This document shows, piece by piece, positions 13,173 to 26,219 of a stretch of DNA of 64,000 nucleotides. A model generated the notes under the pieces. The model did not search any database. It saw only the letters and a program-made list of their open reading frames with translations, and was not told the DNA's origin. Position 1 is the stretch's first letter; each line of letters begins with the position of its first letter. Made by a program: the position numbers and the translations under genes. The stretch comes from Zootoca vivipara (taxonomy: Eukaryota). The DNA is taken from contig NC_083279.1 in the NCBI RefSeq assembly GCF_963506605.1, positions 63,116,001 through 63,180,000 on the forward strand. Direction: 5' to 3'.

Positions 13173-13727
13173 GTAAGTAATCAATTAGTTTGAGGAAATT
13201 GACATATGACCTAGTTTTAGAACTTTAGATTAAAAACTGCCGCCTCGTGGTTTAAAGTAATTATATTTTTCTTATTTTGCTTCTATTGTTTTTGGGTTTT
13301 CCCCTGGGAGAAATTAGTTCCATTCCTTTCAAATGTTTCCTGTAATTATATAAAGTGCTTCTGGCACCCTCTACCTTTGATCATCTTAGTTTGCCAGCTC
13401 CAGTAATATGAATACTTTGCTTCCAGAGCTGTGTCTTAATAATAAATTAAATTATAGCCATTTGCAGAATTGAACATATATAAGAAATGTTACATAAAAA
13501 TATCAGCCCAATAAATCAAGTATTTCTATACTTGTGTGGCTGAGAAAACAGAGAATTTGGCTTCTCACACTTGCCCTTTGGGGGTTACTTTTGAGTAGAC
13601 ATGTGTCTGACCCCAAAAAATGAGAAGTCTCAAAGAAGTCATTTTTCAGAGGAGTGTTAAGATTTACAAGCTCCTTTATCAAGATTCCATTCCTCAATCT
13701 CACTGTTATAAGTCCAATAGTCTAAAG

Positions 13728-13864
13728 CAGGCACCCCCAAACTTCGGCCCTCCAGATGTTTTGGACTACAATTCCCATCATCCCTGACCACTGGGTCCTG
13801 TTAGCTAGGCATCATGGGAGTTGTAGGCCAAAACATCTGGAGGGCCGCAGTTTGGGGGTGCCTG
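13728..13864. mobile_element. Palindromic ~136-bp hAT MITE (family A)
   Basis: CAGGCACCCCCAAACT...AGTTTGGGGGTGCCTG with a perfect 8-bp TSD GTCTAAAG. Confidence 0.9.
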
Positions 13865-14076
13865 GTCTAAAGTAAGGGACACAGATCTGTAGTATTGGGC
13901 TGTGTACTCATTGCCACCTTAACGCACAGCTAGCTCAGCCTTTATCTCAAATTACAATTCCCAGCAACACCTAACAAAGTACAGGGCCCATTATTCTTGT
14001 GGGAGAGGGGCTTCCAATGTGTTTTAAAGGTATATTGTGCACACAACCTTACAGAGTTTTGTGGAGTGACCTTGAA

Positions 14077-14483
14077 TGAATGAATGAATGAATTTATTAA
14101 TACGGTCGCAGACCAGCATCTACACGCACAATATTACAGATCATAAAACATATCAAAAATACAAAGGACCTTATGAATATAACAAGGATTTAAATATAAA
14201 AATAAAAATTAATTATTAGCGTACCCCCCTGTAGTTAACATTTAGGGGTTTGATCATTATGGGATGCCACTTGCTTCCTACGATTGATTGCAGACACACA
14301 GAATTTGGCTACATTTAATGTAGTCTCAGGATTCTTGTCCTCTACCAGGAGTTTTAAACTATAGTGTTCGGATTCTTTCATGGACTTTTGCAAAACAGGT
14401 GTAATAAAAGTCAAACGTATATCCTCATAAAAACAACAACGTAGTAGTACATGTGAAGCAGTTTCTACTTCCATCGAGCCACA
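14077..14483 (-). mobile_element. 3' fragment of a non-LTR retrotransposon (RTE-X-like)
   Basis: Minus-strand ORF end with a CCHC-type segment (CGSMEVETASHVLLRCCFYEDIR), a (TTCA)n tail and a 24-bp TSD AGAGTTTTGTGGAGTGACCTTGAA. Clade assignment is tentative. Confidence 0.75.
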
Positions 14484-15331
14484 AGAGTTTTGTGGAGTGA
14501 CCTTGAAATAAACTAAGTTGTGTAAGCAACATCTGACAAAACTGGTCAGAAAAGCTGCTGGCCTATATAACCTTGCCAGGTGCAATGGTAAAAATAGTTC
14601 ATCTTTGCAGAGCAGGCATAATGCATAGAAGCAACAGGAAACAGACACTTTCGCTTCTCCTTGTGCCAGCCACTTTAATTTAGCTTTCATTCAACTCCCA
14701 ACCATTTTGAAGCTGGCTTGATTAGAGATGCTTACACACTCTACATTAACTGTGTTTCCCAGAATCAACATTTTCAGCAAGCCAGAAAATATAAATGTGC
14801 AGATGGAGTTGAAATGTTTTCCACTGATCAGCTTATGGAAGCAAGATAGTTGGTGTCCTTTTGCCTTAAATATATGATTTTAAAAAAATAAAAATAAAAA
14901 TAGAATTTGCATATTAGGTCAGGCTGATGGTCTATCTGGTCCATTACCCATTCTTTGCATCTGGGCCTGCTTGAATTATATATTACCCCACTTAACTTTA
15001 TATGTGATGAGATCAGGAACAGATTTGGGGCCTGTATTCAGTTATCAATCCATGAGGCCCATCACTTGCATGAGGAGTTATCACAAAAGTAGGATGGAGC
15101 AGCATATACAAAGTCATCATCCCTATTTATTCCTCCTGGTATCTGCCGCTTTGAACCTATCCTATAACCCTTCTGTATTTCTGCACTTCATTTTCTTGGT
15201 ATCAGTTTTTCCATTTCAATGTGTGCCTCACTTCTCTTATCTTTAGTGGAAGAAGAAAACAGAACAGGCCTAACACAGATCTATGGGAGCATACAATTGT
15301 TTACCTTTATCTGTTATGAAAAGCAGCCATT

Positions 15332-15751
15332 AATGGTCAAAGGCCTGGAAACGATGCCTTATGAGGAACGACTTAGGGAGCTGGGTATGTTTAGCCTGGA
15401 GAAGAGAAGGTTAAGGGGTGATATGATATCCATGTTCAAATATATGAAAGGATGTCATATGGAGAAGGGAGAAAGATTGTTTTCTGCTGCTCCAGAGAAG
15501 CGGACACGGAGCAATGGATTCAAACTTCAAGAAAGAAGATTCCACCTAAACATTAGGAAGAACTTCCTGACAGTAAGAGCTGTTCGGCAGTGGAATTTAC
15601 TGCCAAGGAGTGTGGTGGAGTCTTCTTCTTTGGAGGTCTTTAAGCAGAGGCTTGACAAGCATATGTCAAGAATGCTTTGATGGTGTTTCCTGCTTGGCAG
15701 GGGGTTGGACTGGATGGCCCTTGTGGTCTCTTCCAACTCTATGATTCTATG
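15332..15751 (+). mobile_element. CR1 LINE 3' fragment
   Basis: ORF2 C-terminus (YEERLRELGMFSLEKRRLRGD...RKNFLTVRAVRQWNLLP) and a CR1 3' end CTTCCAACTCTATGATTCTATG. Confidence 0.95.
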
Positions 15752-17080
15752 CTTACATCTTAATTTGCTAACTCTTAACAAACTGCTGGTCAATGAAAGA
15801 TCATTCCCTTCTTCTTTTGCCTGGCTATTTTCAAGAACACTTTGCCATGGGATTTGTAATTGTAATGCACCATACAAGATTTCTGAAGGACTAGAAATAC
15901 AATATCTATCTGATCAGTATTATCTACATATTAGATTAGTGCCTTCAAAGAATTCTGGTGGATTAGCCTGGCATATTTTGTTTTTTTACAAAAGCGTTAT
16001 ATATTCTTCCTAAATGTGGTGTGGCCATTTATTCTATTCTTCACTACAGTCCTTTTGCTCATATAGAGAGGGAAAGTTCATGGATTGTTATTTTTGGGAT
16101 AATATCTGAAATTTAAAAAGGACTGCTATCACCCCAGTATACTGGTATAGGCACATTTCAGTGATATTCCATAATTAAGGATCACTTTCCATAGTGACTC
16201 AATTCAGACAACCCTCAAAACCATGGTTTGGAGGGTGGTGGGTGAGCTGCTTCTTTGTGGCAAATTAGAACCATAGGAGTTTAGCTAATCTATTCCCTTT
16301 ACACACAAATGAATGGGAAATAGAAGAAAAGGCATGTGAGCGCAAGGTTCACTGTACTTTGATCACATGATGACAAACTGCAGTTTGTTTTTACATCTGA
16401 ATGCAAATATTATACTTGCAAGGATATACCAAAAAACTATATAGTGTAAAAGTGGCAAATTGTTTTTTGAAAATACATGCATCATAATCTACTGTTCAGA
16501 GATCTAAGACTGCCTGCTAAGTGTGCCACACATGCACTGGCAGCCCTGGGTTTGTTGATGTATTGTGTGTGAAAACAGCCTGAATGTATCTTCCTCAGAT
16601 TTATTACTTTAAAAGAATAGCTCAAGTGTTAATACTTTCTGTAAAGAAAAGTCATTCGCACTACACCACCACCTGTCTCACCTACTTTTGTTATACCACG
16701 GCTAATCTCAATGCAAAAATGCATTTCCCAGCTGCTAAGGCCTTTTCAATTTGTGATCAACAGGGATCCAATAGTATTGATCATTTGAAGGGTTTTTATC
16801 CTGCTCTTTGGTTGAAAACGGCTCCCACATCAGCTTACAATGATCCGTAGTAAGATAGTGCTTGTCCTCACAACACAAAAGGAAAATAGATTGGGGGAAG
16901 AAGGAGGAAATAAACAGATTCAGGTACTAGTTTTTTGTTTCCAAGATCCAGCTAGGATGGAAACGTTTCAAGGAGAGGAAGAGCCAGCTGTTGCTGGTCT
17001 CTCAACTGAGGTGATGGATTAGTCCTGCTTCCTCTTAACAGGCTGATGAAATGGGGAGGGGCCATAGCTGAGCAGAGCAC

Positions 17081-17833
17081 AGATTGAGGTTGAATCCTGA
17101 CAAGATAGAAGTACTGTTCTTGGGGGACAGAGGGCGGGCTGGTGTGGAGTACTCCCTGGTCCTGAATGGGGTAACTGTGCCCTTGAAGGACCAGGTGTGA
17201 AGCCTAGGAGTCATTTTGGACTCACAGCTGTCCATGGAGATGCAGGTTAATTCTCTGTCCAGGGCAGCTGTCTACCAGCTCCATCTGGTACGCAGGCTGA
17301 GACCCTATCTGGCCACGGACTGTGTCACCAGTGTGGTGCATGCTCTAGTTATCTCCCGCTTGGACTACTGCATTGCGCTCTACGTGGGGCTACCTTTGAA
17401 GGTGACTCAGAAACTGCAATTAATCCAGAATGCAGCAGACTGGTGACTGGGAGTGGCCGCCGAGACCATATAACACTGGTCCTGAAAGATCTTTATTGGC
17501 TCCCAGTACGTTTCCGAGCACAATTCAAAGTGTTGGTGCTGACCTTTGAAGCCCTAAACAGCCTCGGGCCTTCTGGCAGTTCCCTCGCTGCAAGAAGCAA
17601 GGTTACAGGGAAGCAGGCAGAGGGCCTTCTCAGTAGTGGCGCCTGCCCTGTGGAATGCCCTCCCAGCAGATGTCAAGGCAATAAGCAACTATTTTACTTT
17701 TAAAAGACAACTGAAGGCGGCCCTGTTTAGGGAAGTTTTTAATGTTTGAGGCTGTATTGTTTTTAATATTCGGCTGGAAGCCGCCCAGAGTGGCTGGGGA
17801 AGCCCAGCCAGATGGGCGGAGTATAAATAATAA
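17081..17833 (+). mobile_element. L2 LINE 3' fragment, degenerate
   Basis: Frameshifted ORF2 C-terminus (LRPYL...VHALVISRLDYC...QKLQLIQNAA; LYWLPVRFRAQFKVLVL) and a 3' UTR ending GGGCGGAGTATAAATAATAA. Confidence 0.9.
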
Positions 17834-17875
17834 TTTTTTATTGTTGTTGTTATTATTATTGTTGTTGTTCTTTAC

Positions 17876-17940
17876 AGAATCATAGAATTGTAGAGGTGGA
17901 AGGGACCCCAAGGGTCATCCAGTCCAGGCCCCAGCAATGT
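17876..17940 (-). mobile_element. CR1-type 3' tail fragment
   Basis: CAGAATCATAGAATTGTAGAGGTGGAAGGGACCCCAAGGGTCATCCAGTCC is the reverse complement of the CR1 terminus. Confidence 0.75.
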
Positions 17941-19405
17941 AGGAGCCCCAAATTCATTCCCAGGCATCTCCACTTAAAATGGATAAGTTCTGAAGTGCAG
18001 GAGATCATCATAATAGTTCTTATATCAATGCCCTCAAGGAGAATTGAAAAATTAAAGCACAAGTGTTGATCCATTATTATAAACATACAAATTGCTTGTT
18101 TGGAATTGGCATTAAATAGGAATGTGGAAGTAAGAGTCTGAGAATACAGTACTGTTTGCACTAAAGCTGTTACTTGAAAATCATTTCTATTGTATGGGCG
18201 ATTCTGCTTTCCCTTCCCTCATTAACTAGTCTCATGGGCTGAGGAAAGGGTGGAGGTAGTGGTGAGCAGCCAAAGGCTTGCATATTGAGATCATGGGAGA
18301 GAAGCTGCTTCAGAAGAAGGAAAGTAATGGCTTTTAACATATAACCGTGAACAAATCTACCTTGTTGTTTGGGTTCTTCCCAGAATGAGAGACACATGAC
18401 TTCACAGCTGAAGTACCAGAGATCAACAAAGAGTGGCATGGGGGAGGGGGGTTGGTCTACACGTCAAAGGAGTCCACTGGAAAATCATATGTTCATGTTA
18501 TGTGAGTTTTACACTCTTATGACCATAATGTGTAGCCTTGTTTTCCATTTCCTTGTTCCTCGTCATGTGGAGCACTGCCAGCCAGTGTGTAGGCGAGGTC
18601 TTATTTATCCATATGATAGCTGAGAGACTATATAATTTTCTGGTTTAAAAGATAAAAGTTTTAAAACCTTCGTTCACCAAACAAATGTGCAATGTTTACC
18701 AAAATGAACTTTGCAATTTTTGGAGACACAGGAAAAGAAATGATTAAACTTTTGGAGATGGGGTTGTTGTGCTTCTTACTGGATTAGCCCACTCTTCTTT
18801 TTTGGGTTGTTTATTAGTACTCTCTTCACTTTGGCACAACCACCTCTGAGTTTTAAACATTCTGTAATAAGGACAGGCTTGTGAATACTTCAGAGAATGA
18901 AAGATACCCCGGTCCAGACGAGCTGAGGCCCAGTGTTTACAACAGCTGTTGCCAGCTGTGAAAGGAAGGAAGGAAGCCAGTGATGCTATTTCTCCTGTGG
19001 AGTAAAAACTGAGACAGTTCCAAGACTTGGCTATTTCTAACTTTGTATACAGTATTTGCACACACCGTCTTAGGAGGACCACTGCTTGGTATTGTTTTCT
19101 CTTCAGGGAGGGTCGCTACTTATTCTAGAACAAAATGGTCACTTTGCAGTACAGCTACTGAGTTCAATGGGTATGCATAGAATTGGAGTCTGAGACTGGT
19201 TTCCTGTGTGATCTTAGATCTTTGCATATTTCACCTTATGACACAATTTTAATAACAAATCCTTACATTCAGTTTTTCATATGCTACTATAAACCAAATG
19301 AAGAGTCTTTTGCAACCTGAGGGCTACATTCCCTCATGGGCAACTTTCTGGGGGGGGGGTATATATCTTTGGCCAGAGGCAAAAATCGGTAGAGCAGCAG
19401 ATGCC

Positions 19406-19440
<35 letters not shown>

Positions 19441-20965
19441 CTGATACTCCCAATGGTGTGTTTGCAGTACACCAACTTCACTCCCACTACACCCCTATCA
19501 CAGTACAAAGCAGGAACTCGGGCAACCAGAGGTCCTGTGAAACCGTAGGTCAGGTGAATGCCGTGCCCCACTGTCCACTACTGCTCACTTCACTGTGGTG
19601 AACTGAAGTCTTTTAAATTGACAAAACCAGAGAGCATACTCAGGATATCTCAATAGTTAATGCATAGCTGGTACTGAGCATGCACTTTTGCTTTAAAGCG
19701 GCTAAATCAACCCAAGGATAATTTAATCCAGCATACTTTACTTTGAATCCTAGCAACCAGTAGGCACTAGGTGGTCCACCAGGAATTGGCCAGAGGTCCT
19801 CTGGTGAACCACAGCCTACCTTCAGTTTGCCTTGTTATATGATACAAGATTAAAGGGATTCCTATGGGAAGAACAGTGATACAAGTAGGGAAGCATTTTG
19901 TTCTGGCAGAAGACATACATGTTTGAGAATATGCTGGGAACAGGTGCAGTGAAATCCTATACATGTCTACTCGGAGCTAAGCTCCATTAAATGCATTGGG
20001 ACTTACTGCCCAGTAAGTGTGCATGGAATTGCAACCTTAATTTTAGTATCCAGAAAGATCCTAAACCAAGCTAATCAGGAATTGAGCCTTAGTGATTTCA
20101 ACTGGATTTACTTCCAAGTATGTTTCTTTAAAATTTCAGTCTTAACGCTAATTTGGACTTCATTGATTATTGTAAACGTGGCCATTTCTTTCTACTTCCC
20201 CTCAGGCATGCAATATCTCCTCTTTGTAAAATGGAGCAAGCCATGCACATTTACCTTGGAAAGTTGCTGTGTACACATAAAATATTATTATTAAAAACAT
20301 TTCTAGTCCATCTTTCTGTCTCAAAATGAGGCACCCAAGTTACTCACAAAAATACAAAATAAAAGTAGTGCACATGTGCTGAGTCATATTTCTGATTAAA
20401 GGGATTTATGGTTCCATGTTGGGTTACTCATAAGAATTTTGCCAACTTCACTAATCTGCACAGACAATGTTTAAGGAGAAGGGGCCGCTTGCTCTTTGCA
20501 TACCACAGAAAGAAGAAAAGCATAACAACTTACTGTAAAGCCAGACTCAAAAAACTAAACATCAGCTAAAAAATCCTACTGGGTAACTGTGCATAACTGT
20601 GCTATATAAGGCTCTTCCTGGCTCTTGTGTGTTTCAGTGGTATTAGTCTGCACGGCATAACTCTTTCCCTCAGACAACAGTTTTAGCAATTCTGAATTCA
20701 GTATTGCATTTTCTTCACAGCTGAGTGTTTCTAGAGGCCCCAAAGCAAATTACCCCTTCTAAGCTAACCCAAGTTTAGCCTTCTCTCAAATTTACCCTCA
20801 TGAGAAAAACTGCAAACAGAGAGTGGGCATTTCTCTGGCCAGGTTCTATTTCTGAACTTGTAGCTGTCACAGGAATTCTTGACACAGTGTAATGCTATTC
20901 TACATTGCTCAGTCAAAGAAGTTATAGAACCATTGAGAAAAGGAAGGAAATCTATGAAAACATTA

Positions 20966-22361
20966 TCTATATATATAAAAATGTAAAAATGGTGAAAGTG
21001 TGGGCGCCACTTTTCTCCATAACCACTTGACCAATCGTCCTGAAATTTGGACACAACGATCCATGCCACTCCCCGAGTGTTTGCAGAAAAAAAATCCCTC
21101 AAATCTCACACCTGCGCAGGTAGAAACCTGCTTTTCCACCAAGTAAAACAGCACCCTCAAGTGCATTTCCTCCCACAGTACACCCCCTCCCTTCCTGTGA
21201 AATCTACACCACACCCACAAACCAAATAATGACATCATCAACCAAGCAACTGAAACCACCAAGGCGGCCATTACCAGACCCCTAGGCCCCTGCCAGGCTG
21301 CTAGGCCCCCACTAGGCCCGGGGGGGAAGGGCAAGCGCCCGGGTCGCAGGCCGCAGCACGGCCTTTGTTTTATGTAGGCCCCTGCCAGGCCCCCACTAGG
21401 CCCAGAGGGGGGGGATAACCCACAGCAACGCACTTGGGGGCATGGCAAGGGGTTTTTACTTTAAAATTTAGCGGGCGTTGTGTCACATGCGAGGCTCCGG
21501 CGGCCATTTTAAGTAAGGGCAGTCATGCCCCTTTTAACCTACGCTTTATACTATGACTGATTGCAAGCCTCTGCGTCTTTTAAAAAAACAACCATGCACT
21601 TTCTCTCCCCAGTTTAAGTCCTCGGATATTTGCAGTGGCCAACACCCCCCCTTACAATCTCCTACCTTCCCTTTGCCACTTCCTGGGTTTTGTATGGAAC
21701 CGAACAGCTTGGGTGCTTCAGAACTCGCCTTCTGTTGCTATGGGGCTGTGGGTCTTCGCTATTTGATTCCCCCCCCCCCCCGGGTTGGGATTATTAAAGT
21801 AGTTCTCTAGGTTCTCTGGGTCACCTACTGCAAAATTAGAATAGCCAAATAACAAAACACACACACACAAACTAAAACACACAACAACACCCAAATCATA
21901 CAATACCCACCAAAATAAATGACAACCCCAAAAATAAAATTAAACAATAATAACTTCTGCTTCTCATGTTCTTATTTCAAAAATTTTTAATCTAAATATA
22001 TAAAAATGTTCACGATGCGTGCGCAGGGGCCAATGTATGGCGATACAGGGGGGAGGGGACAACACTCCCCGGGTAAAACAGAGGGAAGGGTGTCCTACCA
22101 AAACACAGGGATGAGCCAGGGGGTTGGAGGGAGGAGGGGTGGGATACCTCATGGATCGGGACAGGGTGGGGGGAATCAGAGGGATGATCTACAGCAGGCA
22201 TCCCCAAACTTCGGCCCTCCAGATGTTTTGGACTACAATTCCCATCATCCCCGACCACTGGTCTTGTTAGCTAGGGACCATGGGAGTTGTAGGCCAAAAC
22301 ATCTGGAGGGCCGCAGTTTGGGGATGCCTGATCTACAGCAACACGTGGCTTGGCCAGCTAG
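20966..22361 (+). mobile_element. Non-autonomous Helitron (composite, two 5' termini)
   Basis: Starts A|TCTATATATATAAAAATG, has a second A|TCTAAATATATAAAAATG at 21991, and ends CAGCAACACGTGGCTTGGCCAGCTAG|T. No TSD. Confidence 0.75.
22195..22330. mobile_element. hAT MITE family A inserted in the Helitron 3' end
   Basis: Same sequence family as 13728-13864; TSD ATCTACAG. Confidence 0.9.
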
Positions 22362-23712
22362 TTCTAAATAGAAATACTGTTCATTATTCAAACTGTAGAG
22401 ACAGTTGCTTTTAAATAGGAAATATGGCAAGTATTTTTACCTTTATACTCTCCTGCTGTTCCTGAATGTTTCCTTTAACTCAGGTCAGCTATAGTCTCTG
22501 CTTTTCCTGCAACTTTATTAAAGTTTGCCTTTGACAACCTCAGGTATTAATTTCATGCACAAACATCTCCATTAACATTGATATATCTACATTTGAATAT
22601 TTTCATGCACTTGTTTAATTCTATGATTATTGATTATCATTAACTATTGGCATTATTCAAGGTGTTCCTTGAAAGAACTTTCAAGAGTTGTAGGAAAATA
22701 TTGAGAACCCGCATCTTAATTAGGGCAATAATATTTACGTCTTTCCCAGAAGAACTGCCATCATCTTGAATTCTGTCCACCACTGACAAATAATTAGCTA
22801 CTCACTTTTACAATTATTAAATATGACACGAGTTAGAGAATTGTCAAGTAGGAAACTGTCATTACAATTAATACTAATATTTGCTAGGGGGTGGACTGCT
22901 TTAAAAGATTCCACCCTCCCCTCCTCCCCAGTGGTAAATTCTGAAGTACAAGAGCATGACAGACCCTACACAGTCCAACAAAAATCCAAAAATTTAGGCA
23001 ACTGTGTTTGTCCATTATTATACACACCACCATGGAACAGCAGTACATAACATACTACTGTAAGTTTATCAGGATCAGTGTGACTGCAATCCTGTGCAGT
23101 TTCCTGGGAGCAAGAACCAATGAACTCAGTGGTGCTTACTTTTAACAGCAAAGGTTCAACTTGTAATACACATGGGAGTTTTAACAAAATAACTTCAGCC
23201 ATCTGAAAAGCAACATTTAGTTTTGTAGAAAGGGTGCATCTGGAGCCTGAGTATATATTAGATTTGATTATTTGCAGCTACTTTTTTTATTAAACACCAG
23301 CAGAGGCTTAACTGCAGAGGATGCAAGGAAAATTGCACAATTTCCTCTTTACAAAGGAGTGTGTCAGATTGCCAAATGTCATGACATACGGAGAGGGGGA
23401 AATAAAACTAAGGCTGGCTGTAGAAAAAGGATGCTCACTCAGAGATCAGTGTAGTTGGTAAGAATGGAGCGATTTGTTTACTCAACTCTTAATATGTGCT
23501 ATTTCTTGTGCAGGGCCCCCTGTGTGCTCCTGTGTGCTCCCAATCAGAATAGGCATTGTGGAATTTCCTTCTAGGGAAATAATCTACATACCAACATGAG
23601 TCTACCCACTTCCTGAGAAACTTCTGCCTTGGCTGAGCCCATGAAGAGAGTTAACAATCTCAATAGTAGCTCTCTTGATTCACTCTCTTGTTGAGCAAGT
23701 ATTCTTTCTGTC

Positions 23713-23880
23713 CAGTGCTTTTTTTCAGGGGGGGCGCATACCCCTAAACATTTTGTGAATCTTTGTACTTTTGTCCATTTACTGTAGTTATTTTTCCTGA
23801 TTTGAACTATAAAATGGGGGGGGGGTTTGAGTCAAAATGAGAGTACCCCTAAACAGTTTTTTTTGGGGGGGGGATCACTG
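23713..23880. mobile_element. hAT MITE (family B)
   Basis: CAGTG...CACTG ends with TSD TTTCTGTC/TTTCTGCC. An inverted copy lies at 50072-50250. Confidence 0.8.
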
Positions 23881-24642
23881 TTTCTGCCTGTTTTCTGTTT
23901 TTTAACCAACTTTCTTTACTAGCTTCTTTAAGTTACTAGAACACTTGCCTCCTCTTAACAATTGAAGCAATATATTTGTGGTAAAAGAACACAAATTAAA
24001 TGCTTGCCCTTTGAGACCATTTTCACATGTGACGTGCAATTTAACCATTGCTGATGAGTCTCTCACTACATATATTACAAATGACAGACCATAGTTAATA
24101 TGGAAAGAGGCATTTGAAATATGAATGAGCTTTCTGACCGGTGTAAGTTTTTCTGTTTAAATTGCAATCCAGCACGTAGCTAACTGCAGGTCCCAGGATT
24201 CCTTGTGGAAAGTCATCTGCTTGAAATGCATGGTGTGTAAATGGCCTCAGTTGAAGCAAGCACTATATATATATATATATCATAGGGTCCCAGGAATCTT
24301 TTGAGCATTGCTGCTTCCTTTTTGCATCCATGATTGTTACTGGTATTTGCTTTTCTGTGCCCTCCCTGGTCTTTGTATGTACTTGAACTGGCAGTGACAG
24401 AATCTTACTGTGTTGGTTGTCTTTTTTGTTCTTTGTTACCATGGATGATTATTATGTATACCTTCTCTTTAGAATAATCAAGCAACGCTCAAAAGATTCC
24501 TGGAACCCTAGTTGGCTATTGCTGTCCACAGACAATTAAAGGACATGAAAGGGAACCAAGTTGCTTCAAAAATATCAGGTTTGGCCTGGCCCTTAGCTAA
24601 CCGGATATCTGTTAACTTTTCAGGAAGTGCAATATACCATAT

Positions 24643-26219
24643 CAGAAAGATATGGAGGTCTCGTACACCTCAGGTAGTGTGGTTGCTGACCTTGAGCCAG
24701 ACATGTTGGAGAGTGAAGTCAAATGGGCCTTAGAAAGCATTGCTAATAACAAGGCCAGTGGAAGTGATGATATTCCAGCTGAACTGTTTAAAATTTTAAA
24801 AGATGATGCTGTTAAGGTGCTACACCCAATATGCCAGCAAGTTTGGAAAACTCAGCAATGGCCAGAGGATTGGAGAAGATCAGTCTACATCCCAATTCCA
24901 AAGAAGGGCAGTGCCAAAGAATGCTGCAACTACCGCACAATTGCGCTCATTTCACACGCTAGCAAGGTTATGCTTAAAATTCTACAAGGCAGGCTTAGGC
25001 AGTATGTGGACCGAGAACTCCCAGAAGTGCAAGCTGGATTTCGAAAGGGCAGAGGAACCAGAGACCAAATAGCAAACATGCGCTGGATTATGGAGAAAGC
25101 TAGAGAGTTCCAGAAAAACGTCTACTTCTGCTTCATTGACTATGCAAAAGCCTTTGACTGTGTCGACCACAGCAAACTATGGCAAGTTCTTAAAGAAATG
25201 GGAGTGCCTGATCACCTCATATGTCTCCTGAGAAATCTCTATGTGGGACAAGAAGCTACAGTTAGAACTGGATATGGAACAACTGATTGGTTCAAAATTG
25301 GGAAAGGAGTACGACAAGGTTGTATATTGTCTCCCTGCTTATTTAACTTATATGCAGAATTCATCATGCGAAAGGCTGGACTAGATGAATCCCAAGCAGG
25401 AATTAAGATTGCCGGAAGAAATATCAACAACCTCAGATATGCAGATGACACAACCTTGATGGCAGAAAGTGAGGAGGAATTAAAGAACTTTTTAATGAGG
25501 GTGAAAGAGGAGAGCGCAAAATATGGTCTGAAGCTCAACATAAAAAAAACCAAGATCATGGCCACTGGTCCCATCACCTCCTGGCAAATAGAAGGGGAAG
25601 AAATGGAGGCAGTGAGAGATTTTACTTTCTTGGGCTCCTTGATCACTGCAGATGGTGACAGCAGTCACGAAATTAAAAGACGCCTGCTTCTTGGGAGAAA
25701 AGCAATGACAAACCTAGACAGCATCTTAAAAAGCAGAGACATCACCTTGCCGACAAAGGTCCGTATAGTTAAAGCTATGGTTTTCCCAGTAGTGATGTAT
25801 GGAAGTGAGAGCTGGACCATAAAGAAGGCTGATCGCCGAAGAATTGATGCTTTTGAATTATGGTGCTGGAGGAGACTCTTGAGAGTCCCATGGACTGCAA
25901 GAAGATCAAACCTATCCATTCTTAAGGAAATCAGCCCTGAGTGCTCCCTGGAAGGACAGATCGTGAAGCTGAGGCTCCAATACTTTGGCCACCTCATGAG
26001 AAGAGAACAATCCTTGGAAAAGACCCTGATGTTGGGAAAGATTGAGGGCACTAGGAGAAGGGGACGACAGAGGACAAGATGGTTGGACAGTGTTCTCGAA
26101 GCTACGAACATGAGTTTGACCAAACTGCGGGAGGCAGTGCAAGACAGGAGTGCCTGGCGTGCTCTGGTCCATGGGGTCACGAAGAGTCGGACACGACTAA
26201 ACGACTAAACAACAACAAC
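24643..26219 (+). mobile_element. Bov-B (RTE clade) LINE, 5'-truncated, with intact RT-domain ORF 24652-26208
   Basis: 518-aa uninterrupted frame with RT motifs (NYRTIALISHASK, FIDYAKAFD, GVRQGCILSP, YADD), an (AAC)n tail and TSD ATACCATAT. The endonuclease domain is missing. Confidence 0.97.

Noticed and set aside
25239-26180. Antisense ORFs overlapping Bov-B (also 10458-10976)
   Set aside because: Shadow frames of the RT coding sequence that recur in each copy; no independent support.
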